A stretch of 64,000 bases of DNA from Octopus sinensis (lineage: Eukaryota), in assembly GCF_006345805.1 (NCBI RefSeq), contig NC_043018.1:16616001-16680000 (forward strand). Reading direction: 5' to 3'. Shown in pieces: positions 36,687 to 50,385 of this stretch; position 1 is the stretch's first letter; every line of letters begins with the position of its first letter. Under the pieces are notes generated by a model, which was not told the DNA's origin, did no database searches, and saw nothing but the letters and a program-made list of their open reading frames with translations. The translations under genes and the position numbers were made by a program.

Positions 36687-36797
36687 ACATGCACACAAAG
36701 CTGCCATACTATTATATACCCACAAATCGGCAATTATTTATTAGTTTTCTGTCATCTGTGGACCTCCTCGTTTGCATTCATCCACTTATTTAATCCA

Positions 36798-36834
<37 letters not shown>

Positions 36835-36851
36835 GTACATATATGTGTGTG

Positions 36852-36885
<34 letters not shown>

Positions 36886-36928
36886 TATTTGTATATATGT
36901 ATGTATATATACGTATATATCTATCTAT

Positions 36929-36977
<49 letters not shown>

Positions 36978-37004
36978 CTTATCTATTGATTATATATATA
37001 TATA

Positions 37005-37038
<34 letters not shown>

Positions 37039-37158
37039 CATATATATAAATATATAATATATGCATATATGTACACATAAATATATGAATATATATGTGT
37101 GACTTGTTATATATTGTATATAATTACATCTATATCTATCTTTCTATCTATGTTATAC

Positions 37159-37191
<33 letters not shown>

Positions 37192-37450
37192 ATATACATA
37201 TAAGCATATATATATATATTCTATATATATGGAGTAGATATATATATTATATATATATATATATATGAAATTTATTAAATATGAAATGTACGCCTATCAG
37301 TACACAACATACGTATGCATGTATGTTGTATGCATGTATGTATGTTGTATAGATATATACATACATGTATATATGTATGTATGTTTATATTCATGCATGC
37401 ATATATGTATATATATCTGCACCTAAATATGTATGTATGTATGTATGTAT
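36476..37450. repeat. Microsatellite cluster: (GATA)n, (TC)n, (CTAT)n, (TA)n, (TATG)n
   Basis: GATA at 36476-36685; the rest from ~36780 to 37450. Confidence 0.92.
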
Positions 37451-37614
37451 GTGTGCGCGTGTGTAAGTGATCGTTGTTTCCTCAACTTTGAAATCTTCAT
37501 ATTTTGGCAAGACATCAGAGTGACTTGAGATTATCTTTGGAATTCGAGGCATTAATCAATAACATTAAAACGCACGACCACCTCTACCCATCCTTCATGC
37601 ATGCACATACACAC

Positions 37615-37683
<69 letters not shown>

Positions 37684-37947
37684 ACACACACACACACATA
37701 CACAATGTAAGTGTAGAATAATTGTTGGAAGTATGTTGGAACTGTTTTGGCCGACGTAACATCGTCGACGCAGCAGAAAATGATTGTAGGATTCCTAATC
37801 CGGTGCTGAGGTTTTTGCCAATCTTGGAACCGTAATAATAATGACACCTAAAGAGCCGTCTTCAGGTCTTTGCAAACAGGAAACGGTTCAGGTCTGGAAG
37901 TAAAAGAATTTATGGTAAACTAATGTCGATGATGATTTATGTCAATG

Positions 37948-37991
<44 letters not shown>

Positions 37992-38635
37992 GGTGGTGGT
38001 GGTGGTAGCGGTGGCGGTGGTGATGATGACGATGACGACGATGATGATGATGATGATGATGATGACGAGGATGATGATGATGGTGATGATGATGATATGA
38101 TGCTGATGATGGTGGTGGTGGTGGTGGTGGTGGTGGTGGTAGCGGTGGCGGTGGTGATGATGACGATGACGACGATGATGATGATGATGATGATGATGAC
38201 GAGGATGATGATTGATGGTGATGAGATGATGATGATGCGATGATGGTGGTGGTGGTGGTGGTGGTGGTGGGTAGCGGTGGCGGTGGTGATGATGACGATG
38301 ACGACGATGATGATGATGATGATGATGATGACGAGGATGATGATGATGGTGATGATGATGATGATGATGATGCTGATGATGCTGATGATGATGATGACGA
38401 TGACGACGACGATGATGATGTGGTTGTGGTGGTGGTGGTGGTGGTGGTGGTGATGACGATGACGATGATGATGATGAAGATGATGAGGATGATGATTATG
38501 TCAATGATGATGATGGTGATGATGATAATGATGATGATGATGACGGTGGCGGCGGTGGTGGTGTTGATGATGATGATGATGATGGTGGTTGTGGTGGTGG
38601 TAGTGGCGTGGTGGTGGTGGGAGTATTGGTGGTGG

Positions 38636-38666
<31 letters not shown>

Positions 38667-39010
38667 TGTGGTGGTGGCGGTGGTTGTGGTGGTGGTTGTG
38701 GTGGTGGGTAGTTGATGGTATGGTGGTGGTGGTGGTGTTGGTGGTATTGGTGGTATTGGTGGTGGTGGTGGTGGTGGTGGTGGTGGTGATGGTGTGGATT
38801 GGTGGTGGTGGTTGGGGTGGTGGTGGTGGTGGGTGGTGGTGTATGGTGGGTGGTATTGGTGGTGGTGGGTGGTGGTGGTGTGATGGTGGTGGTGGTGGTG
38901 GTGGTGATGGCGGTGGTATTGGTTGTGGTGGTGGTGGTGGTGGTGGTGGTGTTGGTGGTGTTGGTGGTAGTTGATGGTAGTTGGTGGTGGTGGTGGTGGT
39001 GTTGGTGGTG
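37948..39010. repeat. (GAT)n/(GGT)n compound trinucleotide repeat with ~133-bp higher-order units
   Basis: tagcggtggcggtggtgatgatgacgatgacgacg recurs at 38006, 38140 and 38272. Confidence 0.95.
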
Positions 39011-39261
39011 ATGAGAACAATGACAATGGTGAATGTCGTTGGGTTTAGGAATGATGATGCTGTGTATGTTTTGTGCTGATAATCATAAAGATGATTATGA
39101 CGACAATGATGATGATGGGATGAGGAGGAGGAGGAGGAGAAGCAGGAGAGCAGCAGGAGGCGTAGCAGCAGCAGAGCTATATGACAACCAGAACGGCTAG
39201 GATGATAATTATAATGATAGTAACAATGATTACGGAGATGATGTTGATGATGATGATGATG

Positions 39262-39299
39262 ATTCATCATCATCATCATCATCATCATTATCATCATCG

Positions 39300-39330
<31 letters not shown>

Positions 39331-39395
39331 CATCATCATGGTGATGGCGGTGGTGTTGGCGTCAAGCATCAACATCGTCATCATCGTCATCATCA
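39262..39395. repeat. (CAT)n repeat
   Basis: Direct reading; inverted relative to the upstream (GAT)n. Confidence 0.92.
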
Positions 39396-39621
39396 GCGTG
39401 TCAATGTAAAGTGTCATTAGAATTTATGGAGATATTGATAGATTATTAGTGAGGAAAATATTATTAGTGACGGTTACCATGACAACGAGTGAAGATGCCA
39501 CTTATTTTGCATGGCAGAATGTAGAACGTACACGCGTGATGTCTTCACCAGCCATATCGTTGACACTCTTTCGTCTACGCCCCCATCTCTCCTCTCTCCT
39601 CTCTCTCTCTCGTTTTTTATA

Positions 39622-39624
<3 letters not shown>

Positions 39625-39675
<51 letters not shown>

Positions 39676-39858
39676 TAATATATATATAATAATATATATT
39701 ATATATATATATATGTATTTATATATATAATATATATCTAGTATATTATATATATAATATATAATAATATATATATATATATATATATGTAATATATATA
39801 TAGATATATATATATACATACATATATATATATATAGGTATTTATGTATATTATAATA

Positions 39859-39890
<32 letters not shown>

Positions 39891-40010
39891 ATAGATATAT
39901 AGATATATATATATTAATATATATACATATATATATATTTGTATTTATATAAGATATATATATATATATATTTGTATTATATATATACAATATATTATAT
40001 ATGTGTGGTA
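39625..40010. repeat. (TA)n low-complexity block
   Basis: Direct reading. Confidence 0.95.
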
Positions 40011-40209
40011 GGGTGTGTGTGTTGTGGTACATAGGGATCACTCATGAACCTACCGGAGATAAATAGACTGCATTGAGGAGGTCAAATAAGAGGGAAACCT
40101 ACGTTGCGTCGTCTTACTTTGCAAATAGATTCCTTTGGCTAATTTACTTCAGTTGTCTAGCTTTATTGGTTTTCTTTTGTCATTAGTTTTTAAACAGATG
40201 CTCTTTCCC

Positions 40210-40250
<41 letters not shown>

Positions 40251-43200
40251 CACACACATACGAAGGCGCGCACACACATACACTCGCGCTTACACAAACG
40301 CAGAAATCTGTAAAGAAAACCTATGCACACAGAGGAAATAGTGTGTAAAGCACACACATATACATATACACATACATATACATATTCTCTCTCTCTCTCT
40401 CTCATGAGCGCACACACACACACATACACATACTCATATACACATTTATATTGATCCGACCTTTAAATCGAATCAATTTGTGATTTTCTCCCTATTTTTC
40501 AGGTAACAAGTTGATGCATCAAAGAAATAATTACTAATATGATTGGAAACATTAATTATAGCCCGGTTGCCTAGGTTACCGATACACAAGGTCAAGTGCT
40601 GATTAATTAGAACTAACTAAGCGTGTTTAATCAATTGTACAATCGAACGCTGGTTAATTAAGGTTAAATAGCCGTAAAATCATAATTGAATATCGGTTAA
40701 TTAGAGTTAAGTAGATGTAAATTCATAAATGAATGCTGGTTAATTATGGTTAATTGAGGGTAGGATGATAATATTGGGAAGCGATTAGGAAGCTGACGAA
40801 TCTATTGGCTTCGGGGACACACCTGAATGTTTCAATTTCATCTGGTTAATGGTTTTCGAGTTGTTGTTCTTGTTAATAATCACTTACACATCAGCGCTGT
40901 TCGATTAGACGTACAATCAAAGGCTTCCATCCATGACCACCTCGTATCACTTGACAAATCTTACGTAACTACATTTTCCAATATTACCTTTTTTCTGTTA
41001 AGAGGGTAAAGTGGAATTTGAGGGAAATTACCTGCTATTTCTAGCAGACCTAGTGACAGTGTAGATCCTTCCTCTTATACTTTATGTAATATGGTATAAT
41101 ATGGAAATCAGCTTGGGTCAACCCACCCCTCTTCAGGCAAAATCTCTGGGGTGAGGGTGTGGCAGCCGACATTAAAACTGAAATCAAGTGGCGTGCTTTT
41201 TCGATATTACAACACCGTGCTATTACTTTACATCTTTGCGAACTGATTCCTCGTCCATCGCTCATTAAGTTAAGATTATTAAACAGATACGTAATTAGAA
41301 ATGAAAGGAAGTACTAGTTAGGGTTGGACAGACACGAAATAATTTCATGAATAACTAAAACGAAGTTGACAGAAATTGAAGTAGAAGTCGATGATGTTTC
41401 AGGTTGAAAGAAAATACGATCATATTGCTTGTTAGCACCAGATTTCTGACGCAATACATCGGATGTTACTATGGTTAACTGAGTTCAGCTAAATAGGAGA
41501 CATAAAGTTCGTTAGCTGGTATTTCTGAGCAATTCTAAAGCAAAATCAATAGTACATTTGAACCAATATTAGAGACCGGGGAATGGTTAAGATTCGAACA
41601 GAGACACAAAGCATGGAATCACAATTTATATTTGAAACTGTTTATTGTTGACGTTTCTTAAAACTTAGAAGCAAGCAAGAAAGTCTTAGCCCTTAATATT
41701 AATAAAGCATTTCAATAAATGTTTGTTTTTTTTTTATATGAATTTGGCTATTTAAAGGTCCGCTATTTCTCCCAGCCAGCAAACGCCCCGCACATTCTGA
41801 CGCATAGAATTTTTAGAATTTAAAGTGTTGCTTATAAAATTTTAGAATACGAGAGACAAATTCCGATGCTTGCCTGATTGCATTGAAATGCGTTGCCAAA
41901 AAGACCCCGGATCAAATAGTTATTGGTAAGGTCCGTTAAGGATGTCTTAAAATCAACGCCTGCAAAGAATTGCATAACTGCACCGAGAATCAAATTAAAT
42001 TGTAATTTAAACTACAATTAGTTTCCTATGGTTTCATCTAATTATAGTTCCTGGTCTTGGAAAGCTAACTGAAAGATAATGCAATATAAATAACAGATTT
42101 TCTGCATAACCACAAATTGTCTGCTAAACGCACGCACCATATTAGTTGATAATGTTTCATAGCGTGTTCAGTATTGCAGATAAGGCAAATAAATTATTGA
42201 TTAAGATTTATAGATGGAAGAAGGGGAAATAAAAGATGGATTTCTCAAGTTTAGTTATAAGTTAAATTGGAGCCACAGGGTGACATCTAGATACACATTA
42301 CGAGAGGTTTCTATTGAGATTACTATCCATTATAGACGCACACCTTTATGGTGCTTCATGGCAGGAATACGTAACCAGATGTGTTACGATAAACTCCCAG
42401 GTACGACCTTATCTGATTGTCTAAAACTGCATTACATCCTCACTTCTCATCATTCTTTACATTACGGAGTGAAAATGAGAAAGGCTCAATGCCATCAAAT
42501 TATTTTCTGTGACTCTGAAATAATTTCGATATGAATCACGTTTAGAGACTGCAAAAGCTTTTGTGTGAGTTTAGATTCTAACATTATTTTTAAATACTCA
42601 TATCTTTATTGTGCTGTACTTGCTGTATATGAACCCCACACTGTAATTTTCCTATAAAATGAGGCTGGTTTCTAAGAAACAAAGTTCCAAAGCTTCGATT
42701 TAGTTAACATCAACAACAAACGGTTATATGTTGGTTTTAGTATTTTGCATATTTCTGTTGCTCACCTGTAGATTAAATTTGTAGGAAAATTCCGTTAAGT
42801 TCAATTTTGACTTAACATACCCAAATGAACAGATGATTCTTATTACAGGTGTAAAGTTTGAAATGAACAGAAGCAAATAGTTCTTTCGATGTCCAGTACC
42901 AGAAGGAATTGCTTTGCATTGAAGTGTAAAAGAGAAAATAATTGATGAGGTCTTTGAGCAAATAGAATAACAATTAGGACAACTATCCAGAGTGAAGAAG
43001 AGAGTCGAACAACTTTTCTGTAATCAAGAATAACACTCAGAAAGTATTTTTCTATTTCTTTTTTTTTCTTCTTTTTACTGATTTGTATTTTTCTTTAATT
43101 CTGTCAAAATAATTTTATTAATTAGAAACATTGTTCGGTACATCTGCACTGTGTTCTATTTCCATTTGCAAGCTCATCTGTCATTGCTTAACTTCCTTCG

Positions 43201-44011
43201 AAATCGTCACAGAGGAATTGGTTAAACAGCTTGTATAGAGCTTATCCATAATGTAGAAGAGCAAACAGCAACTTCTTTTCAATTGTGGCTGCAAAATTAT
43301 GTTTTTTGGCCGATCGCCAACTCATCTAATATTTCAATTTTAACATTCATACTAATTTTGAAGTCAGTTCTGCAACTAATCTGTCTCCTTAACAAAACCT
43401 ATCTTTCGGGCTATAGTGTGACTATTTCTGCTGCTATTTCCTGATTGCCTCAGGGATCTGCAAAACTGAGTCGTGTTTCCAACGAAGATTTAGAGCAAAT
43501 GCGTTCGAGGTTCTCTCTGTCTTAGCACACTGGAGCAAAGTCGATAGAAGGTTACGAAGTTACACACATATCTCTATATATATAAGCTGGCTGGGTTGGG
43601 AGATATATCTAGAAGCAGTTGCTCAACCATTTGTTTCTTCGTAGGCTCCATTTCCTAACGTCCTGTCTCTCAGCGTCTTCACCATTTCGAATATAAACGT
43701 TTACATTGTCCACGAAGAAACTGTGTATTTTGTTTCTGTGGTCCCTACCATTACAACACGTGGATTCAGTGCTAAAATGGACAGAAGCAAATGTAAACTG
43801 TCTCAGAATATTGTCATTGATATATTTTATAATATTGAAGACAAATAATCTATTATTTGGAAGGGTAAGCCATTCAATGGCAGCGGCAAACTGTGGCCGC
43901 AATTTTTGTTTCAGCCGCACTGACTTCAAAAGTGAGAAACGAAGAAAGGAATTCCTTATATAAGTATTATGTACGTGTATCTGTATGAATAGTTATACAT
44001 ACAAATGCACA

Positions 44012-44305
44012 TGGAGGCGCAATGGCCCAGTGGTTAGGGCAACGGACTCGCGGTTGTAGGATCGCGGTTTCGATTCCCAGTGTGTGTTTATTGAGCGAAA
44101 ACACCTAAAAGCTCCACGAGGCTCCGGCAGGGGATGGTGGTGATCCCTGCTGTACTCTTTCACCACTCTTTCTCTCACTCTTTCTTCTGTTGGCCTGCTC
44201 GCTTAGCCAGCGGGGTGGCGTCATTCGAAAGCTAAAACAATGCGAACGCATTGTGACCAGCGATGTGTAGCAACATATGATGGTCTGGTCAGTCACGTGA
44301 TCACA
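44012..44305 (+). mobile_element. SINE family E with tail type 2
   Basis: Head and body match the 31979-31785 copy up to ...ctgtt, then an unrelated tail (ggcctgctcgcttagccagcggggtggcgtc...). Confidence 0.88.
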
Positions 44306-44444
44306 AATGCACATACACACATATAGAGGGTGTCTTCACGGTTTACAAACTGACACACGCGCGTACATCTATGCGTACATCTATCTGACTTATATCTACG
44401 GACAAGCACACACGTGTGTGTGAGTGTCTATACATATGTAGCTA

Positions 44445-44862
44445 TACTCTTTACTCTTTCACTAGTTTCAGTCATTTTGACTGCGGCCATGCTGGAGCAC
44501 CGCCTTTAGTCGAGCATATCGACCCTGGGACTTATTCTTTGTAAGCCCAGTACTTATTCTATCGGTTTCTTTTGCCGAACCGCTAAGTGGCGGGGACGTA
44601 AACACACCAGCATCGGTTGTCAAGCAATGCTAGGGGGACAAACACAGACACACAAACACACACATACATATACATATGTATATGTATACATATATACGAC
44701 AGGCTTCTTTCAGTTTCCGTCTACCAAATCCACTCACAAGGCTTTGGTCGGCCCGGGGCTATAGCAGAAGACACTTGCCCAAGATGTCACGCAGTGGGAC
44801 TGAACCCGGAACCATGTGGTTGGTTAGCAAGCTACTTACCACACAGCCACTCCTGCACCTAT
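44445..44862 (-). mobile_element. SINE family D, full-length
   Basis: Reverse complement of 52566-52970 at high identity. Confidence 0.93.
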
Positions 44863-45397
44863 ATGTGCGTTATATTACACATTGAGTTCAATTCACAGAT
44901 TTTTTTGTGTGTCTTGGGATTCTAATTTTCTATTTAATCCTATCATTCTGGTTTCATGAATCCAACCGTCTCAAGATGGACGCGAAATTCAAAATCCACA
45001 TCTCACATAATTACTTGTATGCATCTAAATATATAATTGCGTGTGGCGTATTTCCGTCTGTATGTATGCTTGTATGTACGCATATATGGATTACTGAATG
45101 TACGACTGCATCCACGTTTTCGCGTGTGCACGTGTTTAATCCATAAATCTTGCCAGCAATCATTAAGGTATTTCATCTCCCAATTATATTATGGTTTACT
45201 GTCAATATTACACAACCCGCCATTTCATCTATTAAGTTGTTTAGACATATGCACCTATTTAAGCAGATCGCATTTATTGGGCAACATTAATTAATTTTAT
45301 TACGCCTTTAATGAGCACCCAACAGTTATGTGTGTGTTTCTGTGTGTGTAATCTCACTAATATGTGTGTTTATGCACTTATACATATGCATGTGTGT

Positions 45398-45469
<72 letters not shown>

Positions 45470-45794
45470 GACAAATATATACAAGAGTGCGTATATATGT
45501 AAAGATCTGTGTGTGTCTAACACAATTATCCCGTATCTCTCTTTATCGATAATGTGTTTATTCATTACGTAAGCAGTAATGAAATCCTGCATCCCAACAG
45601 GTGTGTGTGTGTGTGTATGTGTATTAGATATACACACACAGAAATGTAAGTGTGTGCGTGTGTATGAAAGGATGTATAAAACTGAGTGGCCTAGTTGTTA
45701 TAGCGTTGGGCTCAGAAGGATCAGAAGGTCGTGGGTTCCATTTGTGGACATTGTTGGATGACATCTAAACTGAAAGCTTAGAAGTGTGTATATC

Positions 45795-46029
45795 TGTTTC
45801 TGTTTCTTTACTGCCCACAAGGGGCTAAACATAGAGGGGACAAACAAGGACAGACAAACGGATTAAGTAGATTACATCGACCCCCAGTGCTTAACTGGTA
45901 CTTAATTTATCGACCCCGAAAGGATTAAAGGCAAAGTCGACCTCGGTGTGATTTGAACTCTGAACGTAACGCCAGACGAAATACGGCTACGCATTTCGCC
46001 CGGCGTGCTAACGTTTCTGCCAGCTCGCC
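45795..46029 (-). mobile_element. SINE family A, full-length, 7-bp TSD
   Basis: TSD gtatatc at 45788-45794 and 46030-46036. Confidence 0.9.
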
Positions 46030-46152
46030 GTATATCAATTCACGTCTTCTCTCTCTCCCTCTCCCTCTCTCCCTCTCTCCCTCCCCATCTCCCTCTCTTT
46101 ATCTGCATGGGAAGTAAAAATATGTTCTGCTTGCTTTTGTACACCTTTAACA

Positions 46153-46308
46153 ATATTTCTTTACTAGCCATAAGGGGCTACACACAGAGGAGACAAACAA
46201 AGACAGACAGACGGATTAAGTCGATTATATCGACCCAAGTGCCTAACTGGTACCTATTTAATCGACCCCCGAAAGGATGAAAGGCGAAGTCGATCTCGGC
46301 GGAATTTT
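46153..46308 (-). mobile_element. SINE family A, 5'-truncated
   Basis: tatttctttactagcc...gattaagtcgattatatcgaccc...ctcggcggaattt. Confidence 0.88.
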
Positions 46309-46945
46309 TGTCCCATAGCATTCTGAGTTCAATAAACTTCACATTCGAATTTTATTGCTATACAGCATAAAAAAAGGAAAAATTAATCTATAGAGATGTA
46401 ACCCGCTGATTAGAAATTGCTACATTGGAACGAATGATAAAAGAATCTTCAGTGGTATTCCCTTGTGGTCATTTCCAACTCAAACAGTATTGGCGAATGT
46501 GTTAAGTAAGCCATGTCCAATAAGCCATTTCGATTTCCCAGAAGTACGCATTTCACTCCGGTAAGGACAAGAGCAGAAATGTGAAAGTATCACATAATCA
46601 TACACGCAGAATACAAGGTGTGAACATTCATACCTTACAGAAAAAAGTCAAGCAAATATTCTTATACGTAGAGGATATAACACACACACACACACACACA
46701 CCACACATATATATATATATATAAAAGAAGAGAGAGATAGAGAGAGAGAGTGACATATACATACACATATATACATATATGCCATACACACAGATATACA
46801 CACACATACACACGCACACATACTCACACATACATATATAGACGTTCACACATAGGTGTATATATGTATATACATAAGTCGATATGCATTATACAAATAT
46901 ATGTATGTATTTGTATCTATCTATCTCACTTTCTCTCTTATATAT

Positions 46946-46993
<48 letters not shown>

Positions 46994-47148
46994 TGTATGT
47001 CTACTTCTCTCTCTCTCTCTATCTATATATATATATAATTATATATATGTGTGTGTGTTTGTAATGTGCGTATATATTTCTGTCCGCCCCTGTCTATATC
47101 TATTTATTAATTTAACGCACACCCATATGCTATATATATATATATATC

Positions 47149-47201
<53 letters not shown>

Positions 47202-47766
47202 TATATAAATACTAAATAATAGGAATTCACAAATCCAAGCAGATACATTGTAAGCACTGTGTAGCTATTGAAGCTCGTCTAACTATATCGATCAATTGTA
47301 TTTCATTAATTCCAAGAGGAATTTGCATCCACTGTTCTACTCCTAGTCCGATAAGTAAACACAAATCTCGCCGAGTAGAATTTCGAAAAAAATCCCAATG
47401 TATATTAAAAAGGCATCAGATAGAATGAAGAATAAGACATCTTTCTTAACGGATTACACCCTGCAAAACGCCAACACGTGTTTCTATTATGACAGCCACT
47501 TTGGATATAAATAATCAATATAGCAATAAAGAAATTGGTCCACATTGCATTGATTGTGATATCAGATGTATTCAAAGACTTATGCTAACATAATTTTACC
47601 AAGGCAATCCCCAGAAATTCCAAGTCTAGCTAGCTGATTCAAGAACAATTACATCAAGTAAAAGACTTGACAAGGATTTAGCTGTGAGGCCAAATGTTAC
47701 TTTCTCAGAATTTAAAGAATCTGTAATACATATATATATATAGCTAAGATTTCATAAAGTTAAGGC

Positions 47767-48002
47767 TGGCAGAAAGCTGGCAGAAACGTTAGCACGCCGG
47801 GTGAAATGCGTAGCCGTATTTCGTCTGCCGTTACGTTCTGAGTTCAAATTCTGCCGAGGTCAACTTTGCCTTTCATCCTTTCGGGTCGATAAAATAAAGC
47901 ACCAGTTACGCACTGGGGTAGATATAATCGACTTAATCCGTTTGTCTGTCCTTGTTTGTCCCCTGTATGCTTAGCCGCTTGTAGGTAGTAAAGAAAAAAT
48001 AA
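47767..48002 (+). mobile_element. SINE family A, 13-bp TSD
   Basis: TSD ataaagttaaggc at 47754-47766 and 48003-48015. Confidence 0.9.
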
Positions 48003-48416
48003 ATAAAGTTAAGGCAGTGAGCAATAAATTTTCCTCCTGGGCAGCTATAGCCATGTTGTTAGCACATTCGCTTCCTATTGGTTCTGAATTCCATTCCACA
48101 GCATAGCATTGTAAGCTTTGTTTCCGTTAAAATTTCGGGTTGATTAGGTCTTAGAGTATGGAATATGGAGGAGAGAAAAGACTGCGCCGAATATGTAGAT
48201 GATTGTGTGTGTGTGTGTGTCTGTCTGTGTATGTGTGGTGTCTGTGTTACGTAGATGTATATTGGCGAGAAAACCATTCCTTATCATTATTACCGTCAAG
48301 AATGTAATTAACCAGTCTCTATCTCATTCACACCTAATCTATAGACGATATTTTTGTTGCCCTCTAATTACCACATTTATAAATAGAACAGTTCGTCTTA
48401 ATAGAAATCGAACATA

Positions 48417-48825
48417 TCTTTATGTATAAAAGTGAAGTTGTGTGTCTGTCTCCTACGATTTAGATTCCTAACTACTCCCACATTTTGCGGTGCAGTTTAA
48501 CCAAAACCGGGTATCTTATAGTCGTGATTCATATCGAGCCCTTCTGGGTATTAGCGCGTGTCTACGATGAGTCTACGATGAGTCTACGATTTAAAAAAAA
48601 ATTTACCATCATTTTTTTCCATTTTAATGCATTTTTTTCGCTATTACATAAGGGAAGTAACTCTCTAAAAATGCCTACAATGAGTCAACGATTTAAAAAA
48701 AAATTACCATCATTTTTTTTCCATTTTTAATGCATTTTTTTGCTATTTTTTGGCTATAACTCTCTAAAAATGCTTATATAGTTATTTCCTTTACAAACCC
48801 GAGCAACGCCGGGCGATACTGCTAG
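48417..48825 (+). mobile_element. Non-autonomous Helitron with internal duplications
   Basis: a|TCTTTATGTATAAAAG...cccgagcaacgccggg-cgatactg-CTAG|t; (gtctacgatga)x3 and a duplicated ~100-bp internal module. Confidence 0.88.
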
Positions 48826-49332
48826 TATATATATATAAATAGAACAGGCGGTTTTTTCGCTTACTGCGCTGGGTTCAGTTCTTGTAAGGGCTGTCGATGC
48901 CATTTCAGTTCGTAGTTTCGGAACCAGAATGTTGTTGTGTGAAATTATAAAACGTAGTGAATTGAGCAACTCGTTAGAGCGTCCGGCGAATGCTTTGTGC
49001 AAGTTGTTCGCGCAGCTTACGCTAAAATCTCTTCATGTTCCTCTTTGATTTTCACACGAATCTAGAATTGGTAACGTTGAAGGGAACCGAAAAAGAATAA
49101 TCCCACCAATTCATTCGCCACTACTCTGAGGTCTCATTAAGAAAGGGAATATTCATTATATAACTGGTCGATGTATGATATATTTCTCTCTTTCTCTACC
49201 TCTCTCTCTCTTGCTCACTCACTCACACGCGCGTATATTTGGTAATATTTATAATAGGAGAAATTATTTTTATATCACATATTTATTAAATGCAGGGTCT
49301 GTTTGTGTATTCTCGTCAACATTAGCAGAAAT

Positions 49333-49560
49333 GTTATGCCAGCCGGAAGAGGCGCCAAAAAAAGGCGCTGCAAGAGATAGTTAAGTTAATTTTTTTGGCT
49401 CAAAAAGCAAAAAAGCAAGGCCATGTAGGGGGACATGGAGTTATGTACAGGGAGGGTGTTCATGCAAAGAGTTCAGGCCATGGGATCGTGGGATTGTGGT
49501 GTTTGTCCTCATAGATTATGGTCAGTGCGTGTGTTCATGTGGCTATGTGTGTGTATGTGT
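49333..49560 (+). mobile_element. Interspersed repeat G, copy 1, with a 109-bp insert (49379-49487)
   Basis: Matches the reverse complement of 51105-51217 on both sides of the insert; class unknown. Confidence 0.8.
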
Positions 49561-49563
49561 GTG

Positions 49564-49596
<33 letters not shown>

Positions 49597-49944
49597 CAGT
49601 ATGTGTGTATGTGTGTTTGTGTGAAAGCATGGGAAAAGGACGATTGTGGTGACGTCATCTTTTTGCTGCTTAACCATCCATGGCAACAGAATTCAAAATT
49701 GTCCAATGTACTAAAAACAAATATTTTAACAGCTACCACTAGCAACAAAGCCGATACACTGCTCGGACAAACATTACTAATACAATAGCTACAACCACTA
49801 ATACAACCGTCGCTAAAACACCAATACAACCGCGACCATTTCCAGCACTACCATTAGACATACAATTAACACCATATAACAACTAGCGTCACCTTAGTTA
49901 CAACAGTACCATAACCACTATCGTCACCATAAGACGCAACACAG

Positions 49945-50022
<78 letters not shown>

Positions 50023-50073
50023 ATACTACTACTACTACTACCACTGCTACTACTACTACTACTACTAATACTG

Positions 50074-50145
<72 letters not shown>

Positions 50146-50338
50146 ATACTACTACTACTACTACCACTGCTGCTGCTAATACTTACTATACTGCTACTAC
50201 TAATACTACACTAATACTACTACTAATACTACTACTACTACTAACACCACAATACTACTAATAATACTACTACTACTACTCCACTGCTGCTGTGCTACTA
50301 CTAATACTGCTACTACTACTGTAAGCTGCTACTACTAT

Positions 50339-50370
<32 letters not shown>

Positions 50371-50385
50371 TACTACTACTACTGC
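49945..50385. repeat. (ACT)n trinucleotide repeat
   Basis: Direct reading. Confidence 0.95.

Noticed and set aside
37720-37893. Strong minus-strand acceptor (ttcttttacttccag) before complex sequence
   Set aside because: All three frames stop within 15 codons and no good donor follows.
37942-39417. 491-aa ORF and overlapping long ORFs
   Set aside because: Read-through of GAT/GGT/CAT repeats; homopolymeric product with no domain.
42214-42534. 106-aa ATG-initiated ORF
   Set aside because: No motif, no supporting exon structure; isolated.
44012-44085. tRNA-like sequences (also 31.9, 52.6 and 63.1 kb)
   Set aside because: SINE heads continuing into repeat bodies; no complete cloverleaf.
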